Below are positions 1 to 10,679 of a stretch of DNA of 36,805 bases, piece after piece. The DNA lies in NCBI GenBank assembly GCA_031394155.1, contig JANMWW010000093.1, forward strand, positions 1-36,805. The letters run 5' to 3'. How positions within the stretch are numbered: the stretch's first letter is position 1; every line of letters starts with the position of its first letter. Below the pieces are notes generated by a model that made no database searches, had not been told where the DNA came from, and was given only the letters and a program-made list of their open reading frames with translations. The DNA comes from Chloroflexota bacterium (GTDB taxonomy: Bacteria > Chloroflexota > Limnocylindria > P2-11E). The translations under genes were made by a program, and so were the position numbers.

Positions 1-951
1 ATCGAGCGCCACAGGCTGACCGGTCTGGAAGCCTGCGCTGCGTGACTTGTCCGGCCGGTGGCTCGCGGTCTCGGGCCTCGTGTCGCCGCGCTGAGGATCT
101 TCGACCACGAGCTGCGTGTACGCATTGATGGGATCGTCGTAGAACGTCCCGAAGGTCCCGGTGAAACCCACGAGCACGGGATCGTGCTGGCCGGCGAGCG
201 AGATCACGTGCACCGGCTTGCCGCTCCGGAGCAGCCAGTAGATCGCTGACTTCGTCGCCTCGTCGCGCGTCGCGAAGCGGTAATAGTGGTAGTTGTTCCG
301 CGCGTCGAGCTTTTTCTGGATCGTCGCGATGGCGACCGGATCGATGCCCGGATCACGGCTCTTGTTGTAGGCCTGCCCTTGCTGGAGGATCTGCGCCGCG
401 TTGAGCGGGTCCTTTCCGGTCGTGTAGTTCTGGATGATGCGCACGCTCGCGGCCGCGCACGCGAGCGGGTCACCCTTGGGGTCTTCGAACTCGGTGAACC
501 ACTGCACGCCGGTGAGCCGATCCCCCATCGTCTTGAACTTCTGGGGATACGCGAAGGTCCCTCGCGCCGTGACGAGAGTGAGCGTCGCCGTGAAATCGGT
601 CGCGCCGCGCAGCAGGCCCTGACAGGTCATCAGGCCCTTCAGGCCGGTCGCGTCGAGGGTGGACGCGCAGGGGAAACCGGGATCGGGCGCGACCGTGACC
701 TTGGTCGCGGTCGCCTTCTCCGTAGACGCCCACGAGACCTGCATGTACCGCGCGGCCTGCGTGCAGCAGGTGTCCTGCACGAACGTGACGTCCGGCGTTC
801 TTACGGTCTGGCTGGCCGCTGGCGTGGCCGTCGCAACCGGGCCCCCGCCACCACCGCCACGACCGAACAGAAACCCGCCGACACCGATCGCGAACACGAG
901 CGCGACCACGACCACCGAGATCTGAGCGAGACGCTCTCCACGCGTGTACAT
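1..951 (-). CDS. Membrane-anchored exported protein with possible peptidase C39-like (papain-fold) domain; 3' end runs off the window
   Basis: My own translation of the minus strand gives ATG at 951..949 followed by 317 stop-free codons down to position 1 (MYTRGERLAQISVVVVALVFAIGVGGFLFGRGGGGGG...). It is missing from the supplied track because its stop lies outside the window. Third codon positions are G/C-rich. There is an N-terminal TM helix and a Gly-run linker. Then come LACAAASVRIIQNY, GKPVHVISLAGQHDPVLVGF and VVEDPQRG, giving Cys..His..Asp in the order seen in C39-like peptidase domains. The product call rests on motif memory only. Confidence 0.6.
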   Translation of the reverse strand, partial: MYTRGERLAQISVVVVALVFAIGVGGFLFGRGGGGGGPVATATPAASQTVRTPDVTFVQDTCCTQAARYMQVSWASTEKATATKVTVAPDPGFPCASTLDATGLKGLMTCQGLLRGATDFTATLTLVTARGTFAYPQKFKTMGDRLTGVQWFTEFEDPKGDPLACAAASVRIIQNYTTGKDPLNAAQILQQGQAYNKSRDPGIDPVAIATIQKKLDARNNYHYYRFATRDEATKSAIYWLLRSGKPVHVISLAGQHDPVLVGFTGTFGTFYDDPINAYTQLVVEDPQRGDTRPETASHRPDKSRSAGFQTGQPVALD

Positions 952-975
952 CGTTCCGCCATATCCTCGCATCTC

Positions 976-2241
976 GTGGACGCCCGTCCGATCGCCCCGA
1001 TCCACCGGCCGCTGCTCGATGCGCACGTGACCGTCCCGGCGTCGAAGAGCGTCGCGAACCGCGAGTTAGTGCTGTCCGCGCTGGCGAAAGGCCGATCGCG
1101 ACTCGATATCGGGCCGCTCGACCCCGGCGACGACGTGCACGCGATGTACGAAGCGCTTGCGGCGCTCGGGCACGAGATGAGCTGGGCCGGGCAGCGGATC
1201 GAGATCGCTCGTCGCGAGACGCCGTACGCGCACGTGGCCATCGACGCCCGCGACGCGGGAACGGTCGCGCGCTTCGTGACCGCGCTCGCCGCCGTGACTG
1301 GTGTGGAGGTCCGCATCGATGGCTCGCCGCGCATGCGCGAGCGACCGATCACGTCGCTGGTGCATGCGCTTCGTGGCCTCGGTGCGTCGATCGAGGGCGA
1401 TCGACTCCCGCTCGTGGTGCGAGGGCCGCTCCGCGGCGGCGAGGCGAGCATCGCGGGCTACGAGTCCAGCCAGTTCGCGTCCGCGCTCCTCCTCGTCGGG
1501 CCGTCGACGGCAGAAGGGCTTCGTCTGCGTCTCACCGGCGATGTCGTCTCAGCGCCGTTCCTCGACATGACGGTCGTGGCGCTGCAGAAGCGCGGTGTCT
1601 CGGTCGAGCGTCCGACTTCGCGCGCTTTCGTCGTGCCGCGTCACGAAGTGAAGGCCCGCACGCTTGTCGTGCCGGGGGACGCGACCGCGGCGACGTATCC
1701 CGCGGCGGCTGCCGCGATCCTCCGCGGTTCGGTGACCGTCGACAACGTGTCCGCGAAGCACGAGCCTGGCGGCCAGGGCGACGTGCGCTTCTTCGATCTC
1801 ATCGAGGACATGGGCTGCATCGTGAAACGCGGTGCCGCGACGACGACCGTGCGCCGCACCGGCGCGCTCTATGGGATCGTCGCGAACGTCTCGGACTGCT
1901 CAGATGTGTTTCCTACCCTCGCCGTTGTCGCGACGCAGGCGGAGACGCCCACGGAGCTCTCGGGACTTGGACACACGCGCCGTCAGGAGTCGGATCGGCC
2001 AGCCGTGGTCGCCGCCGCGATCAACGCGCTCGGCGGCCGGGCACAAGCGTTTGGCGACGCGATCCGCATCGAGCCTGCCCACTTGCACGAAGGCATCGTC
2101 GATTCAGCGCGCGACCATCGCGTCGCGATGGCGTTCTCGATCCTCGGACTGCAGGTGCCAGGCGTGGCGATCGCCGGATGGGACGCTGTCTCAAAGACTT
2201 TCCCCGGCTTCTACGACATGCTCGAGGACCTGCGTCGATGA
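976..2241 (+). CDS. aroA: 3-phosphoshikimate 1-carboxyvinyltransferase (EPSP synthase)
   Basis: The C-terminal 421 aa of track ORF 286..2241 read as AroA (VPASKSVANRELVLSALAKG, two-domain length). An in-frame GTG at 976 leaves about 19 aa before the PxSKS motif. The part upstream of 976 is R/G/E-rich and overlaps the real minus-strand gene at 1..951. Confidence 0.9.
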   Translation: MDARPIAPIHRPLLDAHVTVPASKSVANRELVLSALAKGRSRLDIGPLDPGDDVHAMYEALAALGHEMSWAGQRIEIARRETPYAHVAIDARDAGTVARFVTALAAVTGVEVRIDGSPRMRERPITSLVHALRGLGASIEGDRLPLVVRGPLRGGEASIAGYESSQFASALLLVGPSTAEGLRLRLTGDVVSAPFLDMTVVALQKRGVSVERPTSRAFVVPRHEVKARTLVVPGDATAATYPAAAAAILRGSVTVDNVSAKHEPGGQGDVRFFDLIEDMGCIVKRGAATTTVRRTGALYGIVANVSDCSDVFPTLAVVATQAETPTELSGLGHTRRQESDRPAVVAAAINALGGRAQAFGDAIRIEPAHLHEGIVDSARDHRVAMAFSILGLQVPGVAIAGWDAVSKTFPGFYDMLEDLRR

Positions 2242-2489
2242 AGCCGGATCGCACGAAGCTCACGGGCCTCGCGTGCCTGCGTTGCAATCGCGAGCTCGTG
2301 TCGCTGGGCACCCCGGCGTTCCGCATCGGCGGCTCGAGCGGAGCCGCCCACCTCTTTTTCGGCAACTGGGCCGAGCTCGGCGAGTCGACCGTCGAATTCG
2401 AGGTGCTCGCCTGCGACTCGTGCGGACACGTCGAGCTGCGGTTGCTGGAGAAAGACCGCGAGCGCCTGGCGGAACGCGGCGCGGGCTAG
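2238..2489 (+). CDS. Small zinc-ribbon protein (2x CxxC), function unknown
   Basis: ATG at 2238 overlaps the aroA stop in an ATGA junction. The 83-aa product is MKPDRTKLTGLACLRCNRE...LACDSCGHVELRLLEKDRE, with CxxC pairs at each end. Third codon positions are G/C-rich. I do not recognise a family. Confidence 0.55.
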   Translation: MKPDRTKLTGLACLRCNRELVSLGTPAFRIGGSSGAAHLFFGNWAELGESTVEFEVLACDSCGHVELRLLEKDRERLAERGAG

Positions 2490-3304
2490 CGGCCTTCCAG
2501 GCGCTCGCGGGCCGACCGGGCGCGTTCCAGGAACGCAGCGACGACTCGGTCATCGCCGGACGCGATGGCCCTCTCGAGCTCATCAAGCACCTCGCGGAAT
2601 CGCGACAATGCCTGCACGACGTTGGGGCTGTTCGCGGTGAGGATCGCCCGCCCCAGATCGACGGAGGTGAGTGCGAGCCGCGTCGTGTCGCGATAGCCGG
2701 GTCCTGCGATGCCGGCGAGATCGCCGGCGCCATCCGCGTCGATGCTCAGCGCAGCGGCGATCGCGAGCGGAAGAGCCGAGAGCACCGCGACTCTTCGGTC
2801 GTGCTCTTCCGCGGAGCAGACCGTCACGACGCCGCCGGCATCGCGCGCGATGTCGCCGGCGATGCCCATCGCCTGCGCGTCCGAGCGCTGCGTCGGCACG
2901 ATCAGGAAAGGGCGACCGGCGAGGATCGCGGGGTCGGCTGCGGCGAAGCCATGCGTGCTTCGTCCGGCCATCGGGTGCATGCCGACGATCCGTGGGTTGG
3001 CCTTGCGATCAGAAGCGTGCGCGTCCACCCGCGCGCGCACTGAAGCGACATCGACCAATACCGCATCCAGGGCCAGCGGCTCGAGCGCGATGATGGTCGG
3101 CAGCACCGCGTCGAGCGGCGTCGCGACGATGACGGCGTCGGCGGGCAGCAGTCCTTCGAGGCGCTCGCTCACGGCGAGGCCCGCCGCGCGCGCCGCATCG
3201 CGCGTCTGGGGCGAAACGTCGTAGCCGGTGACCTGGTGTTTTGTGAGAAGCGCGAGCGCGAGCGATCCACCGATGAGGCCGAGGCCGGCGACGCCGATCT
3301 TCAT
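2486..3304 (-). CDS. tyrA: Prephenate/arogenate dehydrogenase
   Basis: MKIGVAGLGLIGGSLALAL is a Rossmann GxGxxG. HPMAGR and the overall TyrA-like layout follow. ATG at 3304 lies 22 nt downstream of the DAHP synthase stop. Confidence 0.9.
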   Translation of the reverse strand: MKIGVAGLGLIGGSLALALLTKHQVTGYDVSPQTRDAARAAGLAVSERLEGLLPADAVIVATPLDAVLPTIIALEPLALDAVLVDVASVRARVDAHASDRKANPRIVGMHPMAGRSTHGFAAADPAILAGRPFLIVPTQRSDAQAMGIAGDIARDAGGVVTVCSAEEHDRRVAVLSALPLAIAAALSIDADGAGDLAGIAGPGYRDTTRLALTSVDLGRAILTANSPNVVQALSRFREVLDELERAIASGDDRVVAAFLERARSARERLEGR

Positions 3305-3326
3305 CGCGCTCGTGTGCTGCGCCGCA

Positions 3327-4361
3327 TTACGCGCGGACCGGTCCGCCGACGCTGCGCCCGACCGCAGACGCGACCGCGGCCACCTTTGACATGAGCGCCG
3401 CGAAGTTATCGAACGTGAGCGACTGGAATCCGTCGGAGAGCGCGTGATCCGGGCTGGGGTGCACCTCGATCAGTAGCCCATCCGCGCCTGCGGCGACCGC
3501 CGCGAGCGCCACCGGAGCGACGAGGTACCACTTCCCCGTGCCGTGCGACGGATCCGCCACGACGGGGAGATGCGTCAGCCGTTTCAGCAGCGGGATCGCG
3601 TTCACGTCGAACGTATTGCGCGTGTACTTCTCGAACGTGCGGATGCCGCGCTCGCAGAGGATCACATTCCGATTGCCACGCGCGAGGACGTACTCCGCCG
3701 ACAGAAGGAATTCCTCGATCGTCGCCGACATGCCTCGCTTGAGCAGCACGGGCTTCGGCTGCTCGCCGACCGCGTCCAGCAGCGCGTAGTTCTGCATGTT
3801 GCGCGCGCCGATCTGGAGACAGTCGGCCACGCGTGCGACCGCGTCGACATCGCCCGGCGTCAACACCTCGGTGACGATCGCGAGACCCGTTTCGACGCGG
3901 GCCTCCGCGAGCAGCTCCAGTCCATCGACGCCCAGGCCGCGAAAGGCATACGGGGACGACCGGGGTTTGAACGCGCCGCCCCGCAAGATCGTGGCGCCGG
4001 CCGCGCGTACGGCACGCGCGGTCGCCAGCGTCTGATCGCGCGATTCGACCGAGCAGGGCCCCGCCATCACCGCCAGCGCCGACGCGCCGCCGATCGGCAC
4101 GGGGCCGACCTGGACGACCGAGTCCTCCGGGATCACCTCACGCGATGCGAGCTTGAAGGGACGGCTGACCGGCACGACCTCGGCGACGCCCGGTAGCGAT
4201 TCCACGGCCTCAGCGGCCTCCCGCGAGGTCGAGCCGAATGTCCCGATGGCCATGCGCTCCGCGCCCGGCAGCGGCACCGGCGTGATGCCGAACTCCTGGA
4301 TGCGCGCCTTGACCGCCTCGATCTCCTTCTCCGACGCGCCGGGTTTCATGACGACGAGCAT
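3327..4361 (-). CDS. aroF: 3-deoxy-7-phosphoheptulonate (DAHP) synthase, type I-beta with N-terminal ferredoxin-like regulatory domain
   Basis: [25 protein letters not shown] forms the FL/ACT-like domain, as in the Thermotoga-type enzyme. It is followed by [33 protein letters not shown] and DPSHG. ATG at 4361 overlaps the aroH stop (TGATG). The 65-aa upstream extension in the track is R/P-rich and was rejected. Confidence 0.9.
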   Translation of the reverse strand: MLVVMKPGASEKEIEAVKARIQEFGITPVPLPGAERMAIGTFGSTSREAAEAVESLPGVAEVVPVSRPFKLASREVIPEDSVVQVGPVPIGGASALAVMAGPCSVESRDQTLATARAVRAAGATILRGGAFKPRSSPYAFRGLGVDGLELLAEARVETGLAIVTEVLTPGDVDAVARVADCLQIGARNMQNYALLDAVGEQPKPVLLKRGMSATIEEFLLSAEYVLARGNRNVILCERGIRTFEKYTRNTFDVNAIPLLKRLTHLPVVADPSHGTGKWYLVAPVALAAVAAGADGLLIEVHPSPDHALSDGFQSLTFDNFAALMSKVAAVASAVGRSVGGPVRA

Positions 4362-4759
4362 CAGCCGTCCTCGTTGGCGCCGTCGGATACCTCGACGGCC
4401 CACGACGGGCGCAGGACGCGAGCGCCGTGGAGGAACGCGTGGCGGACGTGGCGCTGTGCGGTGCTCGTGTTCCAGGCGATGAGGACCCGCACGCACATCG
4501 CGAGCGCCTCCGGCACCGGGATCTCCCGGCCGCAGATGAGCGGAACGTCGGTCCAACCGAGACCGCCGCGTGCCGCATCCGCCGGGAAGGCCGCGTCGAG
4601 ATCAGGCGTCACCGTGAACCAGATGTACGCGATGTCCTGGGGCTTGAGCTTGTTGAGATCGCGTAGAACGCGAAGCAGCTCTGCGGTCGCCGCAGTTATC
4701 GAGGCAGCGTCGTTCGCGGCGACCGTCGTCGCGCCGCGGATCCCTCGCACCGCTGTCAC
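4361..4759 (-). CDS. aroH: Chorismate mutase, AroH class
   Basis: [13 protein letters not shown]...[10 protein letters not shown]...VLRP closely matches the monofunctional AroH-type enzyme of B. subtilis. ATG at 4759 overlaps the trpA stop (ATGA). Confidence 0.9.
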   Translation of the reverse strand: MTAVRGIRGATTVAANDAASITAATAELLRVLRDLNKLKPQDIAYIWFTVTPDLDAAFPADAARGGLGWTDVPLICGREIPVPEALAMCVRVLIAWNTSTAQRHVRHAFLHGARVLRPSWAVEVSDGANEDG

Positions 4760-5574
4760 TGCTGACCCGCGCGGTGCAGGGACCGCACGAAGTCACGAAG
4801 CGCGGCCGCCCGGTTCGCCGCGGGCGCACTCGCGATCGCGTCGAGCACCGCGCTCCCGATGACGACACCATCGGCGACGCCGCGGAGCGCGCGCACGTGC
4901 TCGGGTGTGCTGATGCCGAAGCCGACGGCGATCGGAAGTGCCGTGTGCGCGCGGACGCGCGAGACGAGACCGGAGACGTCGGTGCCCAGCTGCTGGCGCG
5001 CGCCGGTCACGCCGGTGAGCGAGACGCAGTAGACGAATCCGCGCGCCGCCGGGAGCAGCTTCGCCAGGCGGGCGTCGGGTGTCGTCGGCGCATAAAGGTC
5101 GATGCGCACGAGCCCGGCCCGCCCGAACGCGGCATCGAGCTCAGCGCTCTCCTCCGCCGGCATGTCGGGAACGATGACCCCGCTGACTCCGGCGTCCACG
5201 AGCTCGCGCGCGAGGCGCGCGTACCCGCGCTGCAGGAACGGGTTGGTGTAGCCCATGAGGAGGACCGGAACATCCCGCTCGCGGACGAGGCTCTCGCCCT
5301 CACGGATGCAATCGGCGAGAGTCACGCCGTTGCGCAGAGCGAGCTCTCCGGCGCGCTGAACCGTCGTGCCGTCCGCCAGCGGATCGGAGAACGGCACGCC
5401 CAGCTCGATGACATCCGCGCCGCCATCGAGCGCCGCACGCAACAGCGCGCCCGTCGACGCGCGGTCGGGGAATCCCACGGTGATGTAGACGACGACGGCG
5501 AGCCGGCCCTCGGTACGCGCTTTCGCGAAGGCGCGCTCGATGCGCACGCGTCCGTCGACCACGGTCGTTGCCAT
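4756..5574 (-). CDS. trpA: Tryptophan synthase alpha chain
   Basis: YITVGFPD, IELGVPFSDPLADG and GFGIS motifs are present. ATG at 5574 (MATTVVDGR) overlaps the trpB stop by 1 nt. Confidence 0.92.
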   Translation of the reverse strand: MATTVVDGRVRIERAFAKARTEGRLAVVVYITVGFPDRASTGALLRAALDGGADVIELGVPFSDPLADGTTVQRAGELALRNGVTLADCIREGESLVRERDVPVLLMGYTNPFLQRGYARLARELVDAGVSGVIVPDMPAEESAELDAAFGRAGLVRIDLYAPTTPDARLAKLLPAARGFVYCVSLTGVTGARQQLGTDVSGLVSRVRAHTALPIAVGFGISTPEHVRALRGVADGVVIGSAVLDAIASAPAANRAAALRDFVRSLHRAGQQ

Positions 5575-6746
5575 CAGCCCAGGCGCTCCATCGCCGTGTC
5601 CAGATCCTTGTCGCCGCGTCCGGAGAGACACACGAGCACCTCGACCTCGGCGCCATAGGCACTGCGGATGTTCGCGAGATCGGCGATGGCGTGCGATGGC
5701 TCGAGGGCCGGGATGATGCCTTCGGAGCGGGAAAGCAGCCGGAAGCCCGCGAGGGCGTCGTCATCGGTGATCGACACGTACTCGACGCGCCCGCTGTCAT
5801 GCAGCGACGCGTGCTCGGGACCCACGCCCGGATAGTCGAGACCAGCCGAGACCGAATGCGTCTCGGTGATCTGTCCGTCATCGTCCTGCAGCACGAAGGT
5901 GCGCGTGCCGTGGAGCACACCCTCGCGCCCGCCGGTGATCGACGCGGCATGCTTGCCCGTGGCGATCCCGAGACCGCCGGCCTCCACCCCGCGCAGGCGG
6001 ACCGACGCGTCACCTAGGAACGCAGAGAACATCCCGATCGCGTTGGACCCGCCGCCCACGCAGGCGACGACGACGTCGGGCAGGCGTCCTCCCCGCTCGA
6101 GGTACTGGGCGCGTGCCTCGCGGCCGATCACCGACTGCAACTCGCGCACGATCGCTGGGTATGGGTGCGGTCCGATCGCCGAGCCGAGCAGGTAGTAGGT
6201 ATCGCGAACATTCGTGACCCAGTCGCGAATCGCCTCATTCACCGCATCCTTGAGCGTGCGGCTGCCCGCGTCCACCTCGCGCACCTCGGCGCCGAGCAGC
6301 TTCATGCGGAACACGTTCGGCCGCTGCCGGCGGATGTCCTCGGTGCCCATGTAGACGATGCACTCGAGACCCAGGAGCGCGCACGCGGCCGCGCTCGCGA
6401 CGCCGTGCTGGCCCGCGCCGGTCTCCGCGACGATGCGGGTCTTCCCCATCCGCTTCGCAAGCAGCGCCTGGCCGACCGCGTTGTTGATCTTGTGCGCACC
6501 CGTATGCGCGAGGTCCTCGCGCTTCAAAAGGACGCGCTTCAGACCCACGCTTTTGGCGAGGCGTGGCGCGTCCGTGAGCGCTGTGGGTCGTCCGACCCAC
6601 TCGCGCAGGATGCGATCGAGCTCCTGCCCGAAGGCCTCGTCGCGCTTCGCTTCGTCGAAGGCGCGCTCGAGCTCCGCGACCGCGGGCATGAGCGTCTCCG
6701 GGATGAACTGACCGCCGAATCGACCGTATCGCCCGCGCCCGCTCAT
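5574..6746 (-). CDS. trpB: Tryptophan synthase beta chain
   Basis: [29 protein letters not shown] (the PLP lysine) and ETGAGQHG are present. ATG at 6746 overlaps the trpC stop (ATGA). Confidence 0.95.
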   Translation of the reverse strand: MSGRGRYGRFGGQFIPETLMPAVAELERAFDEAKRDEAFGQELDRILREWVGRPTALTDAPRLAKSVGLKRVLLKREDLAHTGAHKINNAVGQALLAKRMGKTRIVAETGAGQHGVASAAACALLGLECIVYMGTEDIRRQRPNVFRMKLLGAEVREVDAGSRTLKDAVNEAIRDWVTNVRDTYYLLGSAIGPHPYPAIVRELQSVIGREARAQYLERGGRLPDVVVACVGGGSNAIGMFSAFLGDASVRLRGVEAGGLGIATGKHAASITGGREGVLHGTRTFVLQDDDGQITETHSVSAGLDYPGVGPEHASLHDSGRVEYVSITDDDALAGFRLLSRSEGIIPALEPSHAIADLANIRSAYGAEVEVLVCLSGRGDKDLDTAMERLG

Positions 6747-7624
6747 TCGACGCTGACCTGCAACGTGGTCCGAGCGTGAGGACCGGTCCGGCGCACCGAC
6801 GCGAGCGCGCGGATCAACGGCGCCGGGTCCGGAGAACGCATGAGTGCGGTTCCAACGAGGACCGCGTCGACGCGTGAGGGAAGCAGTCTGGCGTCGTCGA
6901 CCGAGGTGATGCCTGACTCGGCGACGAGGATCTGATCGCTGCGCACGAACATGTGCAGCTGCCGGGCGCGGCCCGCGTCGATCACCTTCGGATCCCGGAG
7001 ATCGCGAGCATTGACGCCCACCACGCGCGACGCCGTGGCGACGGCACGGCCGAAGGCCGCCGGCTCGTGCGCCTCGACCAGCACGCCGAGACCGAGGTTC
7101 ACTGCGCGCGAGACGAGCTGTTGCAGCAACAGATCATCGAGCGCCTCGGCGATCAGCAGGACGGCGTCGGCGCCGGCGGCGCGCGCTTCCACCAGCTGGT
7201 ACTCGTCGATGATGACGTCTTTCCGAAGAACCGGCAGCTTCACGGCGCGGCGAACGGCGGCGAGGTCCGCCATCGAGCCACCCCAGTGGCGCGGCTCAGT
7301 GAGCACCGAGATCGCAGTCGCTCCGGCCGCCGCGTATTGCAGCGCCTGGAACGCCGGATCGACCGCATCGCTGATCACGCCGAGTGCCGGCGACACGCGC
7401 TTCACCTCGGCGATAACCGCGAGCCGGCCCTCTTGGCGGCGTCGTTGCAGCGCCGTCGTGAACGCGTCACCTGGGAGGCGCACGGAGAGGGCCGTCTCGC
7501 CGAGCGCGTTCGCGACCGGATGGAGTTCGGCATTCGCGATGAGCTCGCGCTCCGGGACGCGGCCGCGCGCGGCGGCGACGTCGGCCCGCCGCTCGACAAC
7601 GAGGCGTTCGAGGAAGTCGCTCAT
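6743..7624 (-). CDS. trpC: Indole-3-glycerol phosphate synthase (monofunctional length, no PRAI domain)
   Basis: [34 protein letters not shown] and ESGI are present. ATG at 7624 (MSDFLER) overlaps the trpD stop (ATGA). At 293 aa it is too short for a TrpCF fusion. Confidence 0.92.
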   Translation of the reverse strand: MSDFLERLVVERRADVAAARGRVPERELIANAELHPVANALGETALSVRLPGDAFTTALQRRRQEGRLAVIAEVKRVSPALGVISDAVDPAFQALQYAAAGATAISVLTEPRHWGGSMADLAAVRRAVKLPVLRKDVIIDEYQLVEARAAGADAVLLIAEALDDLLLQQLVSRAVNLGLGVLVEAHEPAAFGRAVATASRVVGVNARDLRDPKVIDAGRARQLHMFVRSDQILVAESGITSVDDARLLPSRVDAVLVGTALMRSPDPAPLIRALASVRRTGPHARTTLQVSVE

Positions 7625-8641
7625 GCCGTCGCCATCGCGGCTCCGAGGCGCCGGCTCGTCGCTACGAGGCGCTCGAGCCGATCGCGCGCCGCGTCCGAGT
7701 CGATCGACTTCGCCGCGGCGTCCACGCCTTCGCGGATGCTCGTCGCGAGTCCGGCCACGTAACACGCCGCGCCGGCCGTCAGGAGCACTGCGGTGCGCGC
7801 GCCACCCGGTGCTCCGCCCAGCACCTCACGCGCGATCCGCGCGTTGAGCGCGGCATCGCCGCCCACGATCTCGCTTCGCGCCGCGCGCGCAAGGCCGAGG
7901 TCGTCAGGCACGAGCGATCCGCGGCGCACGTCGCCGCCGCGGATCTCCCACGTGCGCGTCTCGGCCGACGGCGAGATCTCGTCGAGGCCATCCGTTCCGA
8001 AGACCACGAGTGCGTGCTCGACACCAAGCTCCGATAGCGCGAGTGCCATGGTCTCGCCGATAGAGGCGGTCGGCACGCCCAGGACATAGCGACGGACCCC
8101 CGCCGGATTCGCGAGCGGGCCGAGCAGGTTGAAGACGGTGCGGATGCCGATCTCGCGGCGCACGGGTCCAGCGTGACGCATGGCCGGGTGATAGCGCGGC
8201 GCGAACATGAATCCGACGCCGACGTCGGCGACGCACGCGGCGACGCCAGCCGGGTCGAGATCGATATTCACTCCGAGTGCCTCGAGAACGTCGGCGCTAC
8301 CGCACGCGCTCGATGCCGCACGGTTCCCGTGCTTCGCTACCCGGCCGCCGGCGCCCGCCGCGACCAGCGACGAGATCGTCGAGATGTTGATGCTGTTCGA
8401 TCGATCGCCGCCTGTGCCCACCACGTCGATCGCGCCATCAGCGACATCGACGCGCACGGCCTGCGCGCGCATCGCCGACGCGAACCCCGCGATCTCGGCG
8501 GGCGCTTCTCCGCGGACGTGCAGCGCCGCGAGGAGCGCGCCGAGCTGCGCCGCCGTCGCCTCACCCGCCATAACGGAGGTCATGGCGGCCTGTGCCTCAT
8601 CGCGCGTGAGCGAACGGCCGGACACCACGATGCCGAGCGCC

Positions 8642-8655
<14 letters not shown>
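7621..8655 (-). CDS. trpD: Anthranilate phosphoribosyltransferase
   Basis: VVGTGGDRSNSINIST and AKHGNRAASSACGSADVLEALG are present. The start is uncertain. TTG at 8655 gives (M)DAREALGIVVSGRSLTRDEA, a typical TrpD N-terminus of 344 aa that overlaps the trpG end by 14 nt. GTG at 8628 is the alternative. Confidence 0.88.
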
Positions 8656-9213
<558 letters not shown>

Positions 9214-9217
<4 letters not shown>

Positions 9218-10623
9218 CGCAGATCGCCGTTCGGGTCGACCGCGAGATCGATCGCCCGCAGCAGCGCCTTCGCCTTCGCGCGGGTCTCGGCCTCCTCTGC
9301 CGCTGGATCTGAGTCTGCAACGATGCCCGCGCCCGCCTGGATGCGACACACGCCGCCGGCGATCGTCGCGGTGCGGATGGTGATGCAGGTGTCGAGCGCG
9401 CCGTTGAATCCGAGATAGCCCACTGCTCCGGCATACGGACCACGCCGATCGCGCTCGAGCTCCGCGATGCGCTCCATCGCGCGGATCTTCGGTGCACCCG
9501 ACACCGTTCCCGCGGGAAAGCACGCCCGGAACGCGTCGAGCGCGTCGAGTCCACCTGCGAGCTCACCCTCAACGACGGAGGTGAGGTGCATGACGTGCGA
9601 GAAGCGGTCGACGCGCATGAGCTCTTTCACGCGCACCGTTCCACCACGCGACACGCGTCCGATGTCGTTGCGCGCCAGGTCGACGAGCATCACGTGCTCG
9701 GCGCGCTCCTTCTCCGACGCGCGCAGATCCTTCTCGTTGGCCGCGTCCTCGGCTTCGTCCGCCCCACGCGGCCGTGTCCCGGCGATCGGATGCATCACGA
9801 CGGTGCCGCCCTCCACCCGAACGAACGGCTCCGGCGAAGCGCCGACCAGCGTGGCCGCGGGGGTCTCGAGAAGAAACATGTAAGGCGATGGATTGACGTG
9901 CCGTAATGCTCGATAGAGCGAAAGCGGCTCGGGCGACGGGCTGACGTCGAAGCGCTGCGACAGGACGATCTGGATGCAGTCGCCATCGGCGATCAGCTCG
10001 CGCGCGCGGCGAACGCGGTCCTCGAACTCGGCCGGCGTTCCGTTCGCGGTCATCGCGGGCCGCGTGCTGGATCCTCCCCCGAGCGGCGGCAGCGGCGCGT
10101 CGAGCGCAGCGAACACGCGCGCGATCGCGCGTGCCGCTCCGCCGGGCCTCGCTGCGTCGTCGTGCGCGAGGACCGTGAGCGTGTGCCGCAGATGGTCGAA
10201 CGCGATGACGGTGTCGTAGACGCCGAAGGACGCGTCGGGGATCGGCGCGGCGGCGTACGGATCGTGCGCGGCGAGAGGCAGACGCTCGAAGCGGCGCGAC
10301 GCCTCATAGCCCACGAAGCCGACGGCACCGCCGCTGAAGCGAGGCAGCCCCGGGATCGTGCGACGCCGATAGCCCGCCAGCCGCTCGCGCAGGGTCGCGA
10401 TCGGATCGCGGCCGTCGCCGGCGTGGAACTCGAGCGTCTCGCGCGGCATCACGCCGATGAACGAGAATCGGCCCATGCGCTCGCCGCCCTCGGCCGACTC
10501 GAGGAGGAAGGCGCCGCCGAGCGCACGCAGCTTCGCGAACGCCGAGACCGGAGTCTCGAGATCCGCGAGCCGCTCGCGCATCACGGGCACGAGATCGATG
10601 ATCCGATCGGCTGTGACCGCCAT
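9214..10623 (-). CDS. trpE: Anthranilate synthase component I
   Basis: LLESAEGGERMGRFSFIG, GAGIVADSDP and the chorismate-binding fold length fit TrpE. ATG at 10623 is preceded by GGGAGG with a 5-nt spacer. Confidence 0.95.
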
Positions 10624-10637
10624 TTCGCCTCCCTTTC

Positions 10638-10679
10638 AGAAATAGAAAGACCCTCGCTCCCAACATCGGGACGAGGGTC
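10638..10679 (-). terminator. Intrinsic terminator of the T-box leader (attenuator)
   Basis: The minus strand reads GACCCUCGUCCC-GAUGUU-GGGAGCGAGGGUC, about 12 bp with one bulged G, followed by UUUCUAUUUCU. The 5' arm overlaps the 3' half of the T-box sequence, as expected for competing terminator and antiterminator helices. Confidence 0.8.

Noticed and set aside
286-975. 5' two-fifths of the 651-aa plus-strand ORF (track 286..2241)
   Set aside because: The translation is R/G/E/L-rich with no AroA similarity. It lies antisense to a better-supported minus-strand gene (1..951). AroA homology starts right after the in-frame GTG at 976.
4362-4556. N-terminal over-extensions of track ORFs: DAHP synthase 4362..4556, trpA 5575..5631, trpC 7625..7765, trpG 9218..9523, pfkB 21570..21953, murI 23494..24165, REC-ATPase 24606..24680, DUF1461 25294..25470, secreted protein 33766..33843
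   Set aside because: The extensions are R/P/G-rich and overlap the upstream gene. In each case an internal start gives a canonical N-terminus, usually with a 1- or 4-nt stop/start overlap or, for 33844, a clear GGAGG.
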